Source: Candidatus Eiseniibacteriota bacterium
GTDB taxonomy: Bacteria; Eisenbacteria; RBG-16-71-46
Assembly (NCBI GenBank): GCA_963717505.1
Contig: OY970342.1
Span: 3,168,001 to 3,232,000 of the forward strand
Length of the DNA stretch: 64,000 bases
Reading direction: 5' to 3'
Made by a program: the position numbers and the translations under genes. The notes beneath the pieces are model-generated. The model did no database searches. It was not told the DNA's origin and was given only the letters and a program-made list of their open reading frames with translations. How positions within the stretch are numbered: position 1 is the first letter of the stretch; every line of letters starts with the position of its first letter. Below are positions 1-10,882 of this stretch, in pieces.

Positions 1-258
1 CTTCGAGCTGGACTGGAACCGGCTGGTGATCTTCAAAGGGGTCACGATTCACGGCATCATTGGCCGGCGCATGTACGAGACCTGGTACCAAATGGATCAC
101 CTGCTGGGATCGGGGCGGCTCGACGTGCGGGCGGCGATCACCCATGTCCTGCCGATGGAGCGGTTTCTCGAGGCCATCGATCTCCTCCGCTCCGGCGCCG
201 CCGGGAAGGTGGTGCTGGTACCGTGGGGCGCCGGCGAATCGGCGGTGGAGGCGGGATC

Positions 259-262
<4 letters not shown>
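1..262 (+). CDS. tdh: L-threonine 3-dehydrogenase, C-terminal part (truncated by window start)
   Basis: Frame reads [31 protein letters not shown]...[27 protein letters not shown], the typical Tdh C-terminus; its stop overlaps the kbl start (ATGA). Confidence 0.92.
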
Positions 263-1470
<1,208 letters not shown>

Positions 1471-1482
1471 GACCTTCGGCGG

Positions 1483-2727
1483 CTAGTACTCCCGCCACGA
1501 CAGCGTCGCGAACTCGCCTCCGTACTTCGCGATGTTCTGCTCGATCGCTTCCTTACTGAACAGGAGCGTTGCGCCGCCGTTGGCGTGCTTCAGCTCGGTC
1601 ACGCCGCGCACGATCACCGCGCCCAGGATCCACGCGCCGCCGTTCATCTTGAGGTCGCCCTCGACGTAGATCATGCCGCGGAACGTGAAGTTGCCGTTGC
1701 AGGTCAGATCGCCGTCGACGTACAGGAAACCTTCGCCATTGCCGCCGTGGTAGGCGAAGCTGCCCGACTGGTCCTGGGTGGTCGTGTTGTTGTCGAGGTA
1801 GTAGATGCCCCGGGGCGGGGAAGGCTCGTTGCTGAGCGGGCTGCCCACCCAGGAGAAGAACTCGGCCTGGGTCATCTGCAGCGCCTGCCATGGTCCATCG
1901 TAGAAGCCGACCTGGTTCTCGACCACCGCCTGCGGGGTGCCGAACTGCTGGCTGGCCCCGCCGGCCTGGGTGGTCGACGTGGTCCACGCGCCGGGGAGGT
2001 CGTCCGTGCCGTCCTCCCATTGCGGGGGCACGGCCGCGAGATCCTCGGCGCAGCCGCCGCCGACGAATCGACCGCCCGACCCGGTTCCGGTCGGTGTGTC
2101 GCCACGATGGTCGAAGCCGCAAACCACGGAGTTGCCGAGGAATCGGATCGACACATCGGCGGTCAACGCGCCGAAAATGCTGAGGTTGACCGGCTTGCGG
2201 AACACTTCGGTCTGCACGCGACGTACGTCCTGGTTCACGCGACCCGTCGAAGTGATGCTGAAGATCGGGTATCCGGAGACCGTCTGAACCGAAGGGTCCT
2301 TGCTCGAGTCGTAGCGGAAGATCTCGGTGCGTGCCGCGTTGGTCTTGTACCGGACGGTGAGCACTTCTGAATCGCGGCTCGCCTTGCTGTAGGGAAGCCA
2401 GTCGCCGATCGGCTGGGCCGTCGGTAGTGCGGTCGAGTCCGGGCCGAGCACCGGCACGGAGCCGGTGCTGGTCAGGAAGATCTGCGTGACCATGAGCGGG
2501 TTGCCGTTGTCCGGCACGTCGCCGGCGCGCAGGCGCGAGACCGCTTCACCGACGCCGGCTTCGGCGAGATTGAGCGCGTTGGTCAAGCGGACCTCGTGGC
2601 CCGCGATCTTGGTGTCGGAATTGAGGGTGGCGAGCAGCGCGAGTGCGACCGCAGCCATCACGGTGAGCACCATGAGGGCCATGAGGACGCCGATGCCGCG
2701 CTCCGCGTGCGGGTGGGCGGCGGTCAT
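1483..2727 (-). CDS. PilX-like minor pilin / pilus assembly protein
   Basis: Start MTAAHPHAERG|IGVLMALMVLTVMAAVALA (prepilin without Glu5, typical of PilX), ALNLAEAGV motif, C-terminal GxxYVxGDL beta-helix repeats; ATGA overlap with the upstream gene. Confidence 0.8.
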   Translation of the reverse strand: MTAAHPHAERGIGVLMALMVLTVMAAVALALLATLNSDTKIAGHEVRLTNALNLAEAGVGEAVSRLRAGDVPDNGNPLMVTQIFLTSTGSVPVLGPDSTALPTAQPIGDWLPYSKASRDSEVLTVRYKTNAARTEIFRYDSSKDPSVQTVSGYPIFSITSTGRVNQDVRRVQTEVFRKPVNLSIFGALTADVSIRFLGNSVVCGFDHRGDTPTGTGSGGRFVGGGCAEDLAAVPPQWEDGTDDLPGAWTTSTTQAGGASQQFGTPQAVVENQVGFYDGPWQALQMTQAEFFSWVGSPLSNEPSPPRGIYYLDNNTTTQDQSGSFAYHGGNGEGFLYVDGDLTCNGNFTFRGMIYVEGDLKMNGGAWILGAVIVRGVTELKHANGGATLLFSKEAIEQNIAKYGGEFATLSWREY

Positions 2728-5723
2728 CGGATGAACACCACCAGAGCGCCGGTGGTGCCGTCGATCTTGACCCCGGCGGCGAAGTCCGGCAGCCATGGGT
2801 TCGGCGGCAGCGCCGGCTTGACGCCCCAGTTGAAGTTGCCGGTGGTCAATGTCGGCACGAAGTGGACGACTTGACCGGCCGAAGGGTCGGTCGACGCCGT
2901 CGGAATGGTGCCGATGTCGGTGTAGAAGATGCGCGTGCCGCCGACGAAGCTGCTCTCGCTCTCGCGCCAGCCGATCAGGAGGTCCCGTCGCGCCATCGAG
3001 CCGCCGAGATCGGCGGCGGTCATCGCGCTGACGATGCCGGGCGCCGGCACTTCGGCGTTGAGTGCGAAGTCCCAGAGCGAGCCGACGGTGGTGTTCCGAT
3101 AGTATTGGATCGTCCCCGACGCACTGGTCGTCTGAATGCCGGCGACGATGTCCTGCAGGCTATCGCCATCGACGTCGAGCACGGTGAGCGCGGTGACTGA
3201 GGCGCTGATCAGGTCGATCGATTTGGCCTGGACGAAGCGCGACGGTGGCGCGGTCTTGCCCTGGTTGCGGAACACGAGGATGCGACCGCTGTAAGTTCCG
3301 GTCTTGGTCCCGACTACCAGGTCCTTCTTGCCGTCCCGCGGCCAGTCGAGGTCGACCAGCTGCATCGAGGTCACCTCGCCGAGGGCGCCCGAGAACCCTC
3401 CCGAGGGCGCATAGGTCTCGACCCGGGTGTAGGCCGGGGTGGTGGCGTTGTCGCTCTGCCAGATCTCGAAGGTGCCGGCGCCCGAGAGCGGCGAGCGCGT
3501 GCCGACCAGGAGGTCGGGGGCGATGCCGCCGATCAGATCCGCGGTCGCCACCGCGGTGACATCTCCGGCGTCCTGGGTGCGGTAGTTGCGTCCGGTGCTG
3601 TAGGCGGTCGGCAGAGTTCCTTCGTTGCCGCCCGAATTCTGCATGAACCAGACGAAGAAGTTGCCGGCGGCGGCGTTCTTGGTGCCGGTGACCAGGTCGG
3701 GACGCGCTTTGGGCGCCGCAGCGTCGAGCGTATCCAGCGCGACCGCGAGCACCGACTGCGGCGCGAGGCGCGAGTGCGACGGGGTCGAGGCGAACAGCGG
3801 ACTGCTGTCATAGCGGTTGTGCCAGACCGACACGTTGACCGAGCCGCCGGCGTCGGCGCCGAGCAGGAGGTCGGTGTCTTTGCGGGCGTTCTGAGTCTGG
3901 TTGCCGTTCCAGTCCTTCTCGATCACGTCCTGCGAGGCAAGACTCAAGACGCGATCGGCGTTGAGCGTGATCACCTGGAAGCCCTCGACCCCGAACAGGA
4001 GTCCGCCGACCACCTGACCCGTGGTCACCGTATAGGGCCCGACCGCGGTCGCGGTGGTCGCGAAGAAGCCGTTGGGCACGATCAGGGTCACGAAGTACGG
4101 GCGGCCGCCGGCGCCGTCATTGACCGGCACCTCGATCGAGAACTCCCCGTTCAGGTCGGTGTAGTCGTAGCCGACCACGGTGACGCCGCCGTCGGGTGTG
4201 GCGCCGACCCAGACGTTCTCGACGCCACCCTCGCCGGCGTCGGGGCCGCCGTTCCGGTTCTGGTCGCGATAGACGCGGCCGGTGAAGGTCGCGACGTCGG
4301 TTCCGTAGACCCCGAATGCGATGTTGTCGGCCGCGCCGTTGACCATGATTCCGGATGCGGGATTGGGGGTGCTGCACGCGAACGAGTCGGGCAGGGTCGC
4401 GCTCACCTGATACGAGCCCGGACTGGCGAACAACTGGGCATGGCCGTCTACCGCGGTGTACACCTGTTGCCCGCTGGGGTAGAGGGTCAAGCTGATCCCC
4501 GGCACCGGCACCTCGCCGGTTTCCTGGGTTCCGTTCTGGTTGTCGTCGGTGAACACGAACACGTTCACGAAACCGCCCTGGACCAGCGTGTCGGCCCAGT
4601 CGTGGCTGTGCCCCGGCGGCACCACGACGTTGACGCTGTCGGGCCAGCTGTTGACTCCGTATCCCGGCGGCGCCAGATGCCGCACCGTGTAGTTGCCGGC
4701 CTGGACGCGGAACAGGTAGTAGCCGGTGGCGCTGCTCACGGTCGACATGCCATTGCCCAGGCGGACGGTGGCGTTGGGAACTCCGGTTTCGCCCATGTCC
4801 CGAGTGCCATCGCCGTCGTCGTCCTGGAAGACCGTGCCGTCGAGCGCATACAGGCGAGCGCCGAGGTTGGGGGTGTTGCGCATCGAGCTGACCTCGGTGC
4901 GCAGGCTGGTCTCGGCATATTTGCCGTCGAAATCCGGCCGGGCGGAGGCGGCGCGCACGTGAACCCGAACCCGCTGGATGTCGGCCAGGCGAGCGGCAGG
5001 CACCGGGCCCTGCGACCAATCCCACGGCGTCGAGCTGCCTTCGAGATAGACCTCGAACATGGGCGGCACGCCGGCATCGTCCGGGAAGCGAACCAGCGCC
5101 ATGCGCTCGATCACGCCGCCGTTGTTGCCGAGAATGCCGCCGCTCGAGTCGCCGTAGACCTGGCGGACCAGGACGAAGTCGTCGGGGTTCTGGGTGCGCG
5201 CGGCATCGAGACCGTTCGCATCCGAGAGATCGTTGGCGTCCACGGTTCCGTCGTTGTTGACGTCCAGGGTCCAGCGGATGATCTCGGCCCCGCGCCGATA
5301 CTTGATTGGCGGCTGCCACGGCGTGCCGGCGAGCGGGAACGGATTGGGCGATCCGTCCGGATCGTAGGCCTGTGGCTCCCCGATGGGGGAGCCGTCGTCG
5401 GGGTAGGGCGCCAGGTTGGCGCTGATCAAGATCTGCAGCGAATCGACGTAGGCGATCGCCGGCTGCGGCAACGCGGTGTAGTCGAAGTCGCTGCCGAAGC
5501 CGGCACTGCGCAGGTCGCGTGCGACCACGTCGACCGCGGTGCGCGCCGCCTGGATCGATTCGATGCGATTGATCGTCGAGGACTTGCTGCGCTGGGCCGT
5601 GAGGATCACCGACATCAGCACGACCATCATCAGCCCCAGGATCGACAGCGTGACCAGGAGCTCGATCAGCGTGAAGCCCGCGGCGGGCATGCGCCCACAC
5701 CGCGACCGGGAGGAGGGATGCAT
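2724..5723 (-). CDS. PilW-like prepilin fused to SdrD-B-like repeats and FG-GAP/VCBS-like repeats (999 aa)
   Basis: N-methylation motif G|FTLIELLV; DLRSAG PilW motif; three GxVFxDxDxDG..GE.GV repeats; C-terminal DVDGDSLQDIVAG / DGKKDLVVG repeats. Confidence 0.82.
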   Translation of the reverse strand: MHPSSRSRCGRMPAAGFTLIELLVTLSILGLMMVVLMSVILTAQRSKSSTINRIESIQAARTAVDVVARDLRSAGFGSDFDYTALPQPAIAYVDSLQILISANLAPYPDDGSPIGEPQAYDPDGSPNPFPLAGTPWQPPIKYRRGAEIIRWTLDVNNDGTVDANDLSDANGLDAARTQNPDDFVLVRQVYGDSSGGILGNNGGVIERMALVRFPDDAGVPPMFEVYLEGSSTPWDWSQGPVPAARLADIQRVRVHVRAASARPDFDGKYAETSLRTEVSSMRNTPNLGARLYALDGTVFQDDDGDGTRDMGETGVPNATVRLGNGMSTVSSATGYYLFRVQAGNYTVRHLAPPGYGVNSWPDSVNVVVPPGHSHDWADTLVQGGFVNVFVFTDDNQNGTQETGEVPVPGISLTLYPSGQQVYTAVDGHAQLFASPGSYQVSATLPDSFACSTPNPASGIMVNGAADNIAFGVYGTDVATFTGRVYRDQNRNGGPDAGEGGVENVWVGATPDGGVTVVGYDYTDLNGEFSIEVPVNDGAGGRPYFVTLIVPNGFFATTATAVGPYTVTTGQVVGGLLFGVEGFQVITLNADRVLSLASQDVIEKDWNGNQTQNARKDTDLLLGADAGGSVNVSVWHNRYDSSPLFASTPSHSRLAPQSVLAVALDTLDAAAPKARPDLVTGTKNAAAGNFFVWFMQNSGGNEGTLPTAYSTGRNYRTQDAGDVTAVATADLIGGIAPDLLVGTRSPLSGAGTFEIWQSDNATTPAYTRVETYAPSGGFSGALGEVTSMQLVDLDWPRDGKKDLVVGTKTGTYSGRILVFRNQGKTAPPSRFVQAKSIDLISASVTALTVLDVDGDSLQDIVAGIQTTSASGTIQYYRNTTVGSLWDFALNAEVPAPGIVSAMTAADLGGSMARRDLLIGWRESESSFVGGTRIFYTDIGTIPTASTDPSAGQVVHFVPTLTTGNFNWGVKPALPPNPWLPDFAAGVKIDGTTGALVVFIR

Positions 5724-5762
5724 GCCGGTCAGCCTCCGAGGACGGAGAACATGCCGGTCAGC
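5721..5762. repeat. 13-bp direct repeat CATGCCGGTCAGC at the pilV/pilW junction
   Basis: Identical copies at 5721-5733 and 5750-5762. Confidence 0.9.
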
Positions 5763-6168
5763 GCCGGATGTACGTGGCAGTCGACAGCGAGCGGCTGCCC
5801 TGGGCGTTCCAGGTCACGGTCACCGTGACTTTCTTGAGATTGTCCAACGGGGCCGCCAGCGTCTCGACCTCGTAGTACCGCTCCCAAGAGCCGCCTTCCA
5901 GCAATTCGTTGGTCGCGACCGGATGACGGCCATTCGTGAGTTCGGGATCCGACCAGGGAAGCTGCCGCAGACTCTCGAGCTTCTCCTGCGCGAACAGGTT
6001 GCCCGAAGTCATCATGCGGTCGCGGTTCTGGCCGCGCTGGCCGGCTGGGAACAGCTGGCCCACCATGAGGACGCCGATCGCCAGCATCATCAGCCCGACC
6101 ATCAGGTCGACCAATGATGCGCCGCGCTCGTTTCGGTCGTGACGGCGCGCGTGGGATGGAAGGCTCAC
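5758..6168 (-). CDS. PilV-like minor pilin
   Basis: GTG start at 6168 after AGGAGG; NERG|ASLVDLMVGLMMLAIGVL prepilin helix, AQEKLESLR, LKKVTVTVTW. Confidence 0.8.
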   Translation of the reverse strand: MSLPSHARRHDRNERGASLVDLMVGLMMLAIGVLMVGQLFPAGQRGQNRDRMMTSGNLFAQEKLESLRQLPWSDPELTNGRHPVATNELLEGGSWERYYEVETLAAPLDNLKKVTVTVTWNAQGSRSLSTATYIRR

Positions 6169-6534
6169 GGTGTACCTCCTGCGATCGGAACCGCCGGATC
6201 TCGTCCGGACCTGCTCCATGAGACATGGGTGCCGCCGCGGTTTCCCGGAACGAGACACCATGGCGGACAGGGCGTTGACCCTCATTGCACGGTCCGGGCC
6301 TGGGACGCTCCTGTGCCTTCGATCAGGAGTGTCGGCGAAGTCCCCCAACGGCTTGAGTGTTTATTCCCAACCGGCCCAGGCTCGCCGCGGCCCCGGAACT
6401 CGTGCGCGCCGCAATGTGATGCCGGGCGACACGCATACGCTCGCTTGCCGCCGGAACGGTCCCAAGTCATCTTGTCCGCGTCAGGTCGAGGCGAGAGCCA
6501 CGACGAGTCCCTGCGCCAAATCACCGGAGTTTCC

Positions 6535-9222
6535 ATGAAGGCATTGAAAATTGCCCTGATCGTATTCGTGGTCGTGGCTCTTCGGGCGGGTGGGTCGGCC
6601 GCCGCGGGGGCAAAGCCGCAGGCGGGTTCGGCTCCGGCCCTCCACCTGAAGACTCTTTCGCTGCGGCCCATCGGACCGGCCAACATGGGGGGACGGGTTT
6701 CGGATCTCGCGGTCCGCGCCGACCGGCCCTCTACATTCTATGTGGCCCTGGGCACCGGCGGTCTGATGAAGACCACGAACGCTGGCACCACGTGGAGCGC
6801 GGTGTTCGAGAAGGAGGCCGTGGCCTCGATCGGCGCCGTGGCTCTGTCGCCTCAGAACGCCTCCGTGGTCTGGGTCGGGACGGGCGAAGCCAACAGCCGG
6901 AACTCGTCGTCGTGGGGGAACGGCGTCTATCGCTCCGATGACGGAGGTGGAACCTGGCGGCACCTGGGACTCGAGGCGACCCACAACATCGCGCGCGTGG
7001 TGCCGGATCCCACCGACAGCAACGTCGTCCACGTCGCGGCCCTCGGGCGCCTGTGGGGCGAAGATCCCGAACGCGGCGTGTTTCGCACGACCGACGGCGG
7101 CCGCACGTGGAGCCACACGCTGCGCGCGGACGCGCGCACCGGCGCGTGCGACCTGGTGATGGCGCCCGACGATCCCACGACACTCTACGCGGCCTTGTAC
7201 ACCCGAAAGCGGACCCCTTGGTCCTATGAGTCCGGCAGCGAGACCGGCGGCATCTTCCGGTCGCGCGACCACGGGCGGACGTGGCAGAAGTTGGCCGGCG
7301 GCTTGCCCCGGCGCACCGGCCGCATCGGACTCGCGGTGTGCGCCGCGAGTCCGCGCTCGGTGTTCGCGGTGGTCGAGTCCGACGAGGGCGGCAACATCGA
7401 CGACTTCGAGTCCAAGAGTCGGGCGGGCGGCGTGTTCCGATCCGACGACAACGGCGAGACCTGGACGCGATTGTCGCCGCATACGCCCCGGCCTTTCTAC
7501 TTCAGCCAGATCCGGGTCCAACCGAACGACGATCGACGCGTCTACCTGCTCGGCTTCGACCTCTACGTGTCCGACGACGGCGGGCGCAGCTTCCGCGCCG
7601 GCGGTGCTCGCAACCTGCACCCCGATTTGCACGCCATGTGGATCCACCCCACCGACGGCGATCACATGCTGCTCGGCACCGACGGTGGCGTCTACCAGAC
7701 CTACGACCGCGGTCGCGCCTGGGACTTCCTCAACAACATGGCGGCCGGCGAGTTCTACAACATCGCGGTGGACCTCGGCGATCCTTACCGGATCTGCGGC
7801 GGGCTCCAGGACAATCAGGCCTGGTGCGGACCGAGCCGGACGCGGCTGAGCCGCGAGTCGTGGCTCGACGAGTCGTCGACCGAGCAGAACGCGATCCTGA
7901 ACGATCATTGGTTCTGCCTGGGCGGCGGCGACGGCTTCCACGTCGCGATCGATCCCGAGAATCCCGATCGCGTCTACCACGAATCACAGGGCGGCTACCT
8001 GATCCGCACCGATCTGGGGACCGGGGTGCGCCGCATGTTGCGGCCGTCGCCGAAGGAGGGGGAAGCGCGCTTCCGGTTCAACTGGAACACGCCGTTCTTG
8101 ATTTCGCCCCACGACCCGGCGGTGTTGTGGATGGGAGGGAACCACGTATTTCGCTTGTACGAGCGCGGCGAGCGCTGGCAGCGAGTCAGTCCGGACCTGA
8201 CCACGGCCGATCCCGTGAAGTCCTCGACGGTGGGCTCGAGCGCCGAAACCCATTGCACCATCACCACGCTCGACGAGTCGCCCAAGGTCGCGGGCCTCCT
8301 GTGGGTCGGTACCGACGACGGCAAGGTCTGGGTGTCGCGCGACTCCGGCGCGAAGTGGACCGATCTCACCAAGAATCTCAAGGTGCCCACCGGGCTGTAC
8401 GTCAGCCGGATCGTCGCGTCGCACCACGATGAAGCGACCGCGTACGTGTCGATCGACGGCCATCGCAGCGACCGCTTCGAGCCGTTCGTGCTGGTCACCC
8501 GCGACTACGGGCGCAGCTGGCGGTCGATCGCCGGGGATCTCCCCAAGGATGGGCCGGTCAAGGTGGTCCGGGAAGACTCCGCGAATCCCAAGCTGCTGTT
8601 CGCGGGGACCGAGTTCGGCCTGTTCGCGAGCCTCGATGATGGCGTCCACTGGGTTCGGCTCGACTCGGGGCTTCCGACGGTCGCGGTGGACGACCTGGTC
8701 ATCCACCCGCGGGAGCGCGACCTGGTGGTCGCCACCCACGGCCGCAGCCTGTACGTGCTCGATGACGTGAGCGGACTCGAGCAGTGGACCCCGGCCTGCC
8801 TCGAGCAGCCGGTCAGCTTCTTCGCCCCGCGACCGGCCACCGCCTATCACCTCGGCGTGCTGAGTGGTATCTGGGGTCAGAGGGCGTACGCAGGCAAGAA
8901 TCCGGCGTTCGGCGCTTACTTCAACTACTACGTGAAGGAGTTCAGCGGCGAAGGCGTCTCGATTGCGGTGCGCGACAGTGCCGGGGCAACGGTCCGGCGA
9001 CTCTCGGGCCCGGCGTCACCCGGATTCCAGCGCGTGGTCTGGGATCTACAGCCCGAAGCCCTGGAACGAATCGAGCGGCCGGAGTGGGCCGGTCAGCCGG
9101 CCTTCGTTCCAGCCGGGACCTATCGAGTCACGCTGAGCATGGGTTCGACGTCGGTCGAGCGAACGCTCGAGGTGCGGCACGCGCCCGGAGCCTCGGATCC
9201 CGATCGGCTCGCCAGTCCATGA
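6535..9222 (+). CDS. Secreted VPS10/sortilin-like BNR-repeat beta-propeller protein
   Basis: Signal peptide MKALKIALIVFVVVA; LRPIGPANMGGRV; many SxDGGxTW BNR repeats; GGLQDN, GGGDGF and ATHGRS motifs; Ig-like C-terminus. Confidence 0.85.
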   Translation: MKALKIALIVFVVVALRAGGSAAAGAKPQAGSAPALHLKTLSLRPIGPANMGGRVSDLAVRADRPSTFYVALGTGGLMKTTNAGTTWSAVFEKEAVASIGAVALSPQNASVVWVGTGEANSRNSSSWGNGVYRSDDGGGTWRHLGLEATHNIARVVPDPTDSNVVHVAALGRLWGEDPERGVFRTTDGGRTWSHTLRADARTGACDLVMAPDDPTTLYAALYTRKRTPWSYESGSETGGIFRSRDHGRTWQKLAGGLPRRTGRIGLAVCAASPRSVFAVVESDEGGNIDDFESKSRAGGVFRSDDNGETWTRLSPHTPRPFYFSQIRVQPNDDRRVYLLGFDLYVSDDGGRSFRAGGARNLHPDLHAMWIHPTDGDHMLLGTDGGVYQTYDRGRAWDFLNNMAAGEFYNIAVDLGDPYRICGGLQDNQAWCGPSRTRLSRESWLDESSTEQNAILNDHWFCLGGGDGFHVAIDPENPDRVYHESQGGYLIRTDLGTGVRRMLRPSPKEGEARFRFNWNTPFLISPHDPAVLWMGGNHVFRLYERGERWQRVSPDLTTADPVKSSTVGSSAETHCTITTLDESPKVAGLLWVGTDDGKVWVSRDSGAKWTDLTKNLKVPTGLYVSRIVASHHDEATAYVSIDGHRSDRFEPFVLVTRDYGRSWRSIAGDLPKDGPVKVVREDSANPKLLFAGTEFGLFASLDDGVHWVRLDSGLPTVAVDDLVIHPRERDLVVATHGRSLYVLDDVSGLEQWTPACLEQPVSFFAPRPATAYHLGVLSGIWGQRAYAGKNPAFGAYFNYYVKEFSGEGVSIAVRDSAGATVRRLSGPASPGFQRVVWDLQPEALERIERPEWAGQPAFVPAGTYRVTLSMGSTSVERTLEVRHAPGASDPDRLASP

Positions 9223-9274
9223 TGATCCGTTCGGCGGATCGAGGTCGCAGTACCCCGGCGGAACACGTTCGGGT

Positions 9275-9304
9275 TTGACCGTTCCACCGGCGTTCGGCTA
9301 GGTT
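9275..9304 (+). promoter_or_regulatory. Putative sigma70 promoter of the gcv operon
   Basis: TTGACC-N18-TAGGTT, 28 bp upstream of the gcvT TTG start. Confidence 0.5.
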
Positions 9305-9331
9305 GCGTTGGTTTCCCTCCCAGGAGCCCCT

Positions 9332-10441
9332 TTGGACACGCGAACGGCCCCCAGGCGTACTCCTTTTCACGCTCTGCATGAAGCTGCCGGCGCCAAGCTC
9401 ATCGAGTTTGCGGGTTTCTCGATGCCGGTGCGCTACTCGGGCGACGTGCGCGAGCACCTCGCGGTGCGCGAACGTGCCGGACTTTTCGACGTCTCGCACA
9501 TGGGCGAATTCCTGGTGTCGGGGCCGGGCGCGCTCTCGTTCCTGAATCGGATGATCACCAACGACCTCGAGTCGATCGTTCCGGGACAGGCGATCTACTC
9601 GCCCATGTGTCTGCTGAGCGGGGGAATCGTCGACGACTTGCTGGTCTACCGTGAGGCGGATCGTTTCCTGGTCGTGGTCAATGCGTCGAACCTTCGCAAG
9701 GACTTCGACTGGTTGCGCGAGCATTGTCCGGCCGGGGTCCAGTTGACCGACGTCTCAGAAGAGACCGCACTGCTGGCGATCCAGGGTCCGGCGAGCGAAG
9801 GAATCCTGCGCGGCCATGTGCCGGACGCCGCCCTCGAACTCGGGAGCTATCGCTTCGTCCGCGGCGCGCTGTTCGGGATCGAGGCCCTGATCGCGCGCAC
9901 CGGATACACCGGCGAAGACGGATTCGAGCTCTACTTCCACCCGCGACACGCGGAAACCGTCTGGACCGGCCTGCTCGGCGCCGGGCGATCCGCGGGGCTC
10001 GAGCCCACCGGTCTCGGGGCCCGCGACACGCTGCGTCTCGAGATGGCCTACATGCTCTACGGCAACGACATCGACGAAACCACCCATCCGCTCGAGGCGG
10101 GCATCGGCTGGACCGTGCGCCTCGCGAAGAGCGACTTCGTCGGGCGCGAGGCGCTGGTGCGCCTGAAGGAGCGCGGGTTGGAGCGCCGCCTGGTCGGGTT
10201 CGAGCTCGATGGTCGTCGGGTCGCGCGCCACGGCATGGTGGTCGAAAGCGGCGGGCGAAGCGTCGGCATCGTGACCAGCGGCACGTTCAGTCCGAGTCTC
10301 GAACGACCGATCGGCCTCGCGTACGTCGAGACGGCGCTCGCCAAGGCGGGCACGATGTTCGAAGTCGCGGCCGGGACCAGCCGGTTGCCGGCGCGCGTGG
10401 TGAAGACCCCGTTCTGGACCCGCGGCTCGAGGAGAGCATGA
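9332..10441 (+). CDS. gcvT: Glycine cleavage system aminomethyltransferase T
   Basis: GLFDVSHMGE, ARTGYTGEDGFE, GLGARDTLRLE; TTG start after AGGAG. Confidence 0.96.
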   Translation: MDTRTAPRRTPFHALHEAAGAKLIEFAGFSMPVRYSGDVREHLAVRERAGLFDVSHMGEFLVSGPGALSFLNRMITNDLESIVPGQAIYSPMCLLSGGIVDDLLVYREADRFLVVVNASNLRKDFDWLREHCPAGVQLTDVSEETALLAIQGPASEGILRGHVPDAALELGSYRFVRGALFGIEALIARTGYTGEDGFELYFHPRHAETVWTGLLGAGRSAGLEPTGLGARDTLRLEMAYMLYGNDIDETTHPLEAGIGWTVRLAKSDFVGREALVRLKERGLERRLVGFELDGRRVARHGMVVESGGRSVGIVTSGTFSPSLERPIGLAYVETALAKAGTMFEVAAGTSRLPARVVKTPFWTRGSRRA

Positions 10442-10492
10442 GCGCGAGCCGGATCGTGGCGGCCGCCGATTCACCGATCCAGGAGGGAGTGC

Positions 10493-10882
10493 ATGGCGTT
10501 TCCCGATGATGTGCGCTACACGGCCGAGCACGAATGGGCTCGCGTCGAAGGCGGTGTCGTCACCGTCGGCATCACCAGCTACGCGACCGAGCAGCTAGGC
10601 GACGTGGTGTTCGTGGAGCTACCCGAAGTCGGGCGCAAGCTCGAGGCGGCGAAGCCGTTCGGGCTGGTCGAGGCGGTCAAGACCGTGAGCGATCTCTACG
10701 CTCCGGTCGCCGGCGAAGTCGTCGCGGTCAACGCGTCGCTGGTCGACAATCCGGCGCTGGTGAATCAGGAGCCATTCGGCGAGGGTTGGATGATCCGGAT
10801 TCGTCCCACGCAACCGGACGACGTCAAAGCCCTGATGGGCCGGGCCGAGTACGAGAAGATGCTCGAGGAGCAGCACGCGTGA
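10493..10882 (+). CDS. gcvH: Glycine cleavage system H protein
   Basis: HEW, GITSYATEQLGDVVFVELP, VEAVK (lipoyl Lys), YAPVAGEV, PFGEGW. Confidence 0.97.
   Translation: MAFPDDVRYTAEHEWARVEGGVVTVGITSYATEQLGDVVFVELPEVGRKLEAAKPFGLVEAVKTVSDLYAPVAGEVVAVNASLVDNPALVNQEPFGEGWMIRIRPTQPDDVKALMGRAEYEKMLEEQHA

Noticed and set aside
9222-9332. Glycine riboswitch upstream of gcvT
   Set aside because: The gap is only about 110 bp, the promoter is about 28 bp from the start, and no aptamer motifs were seen.
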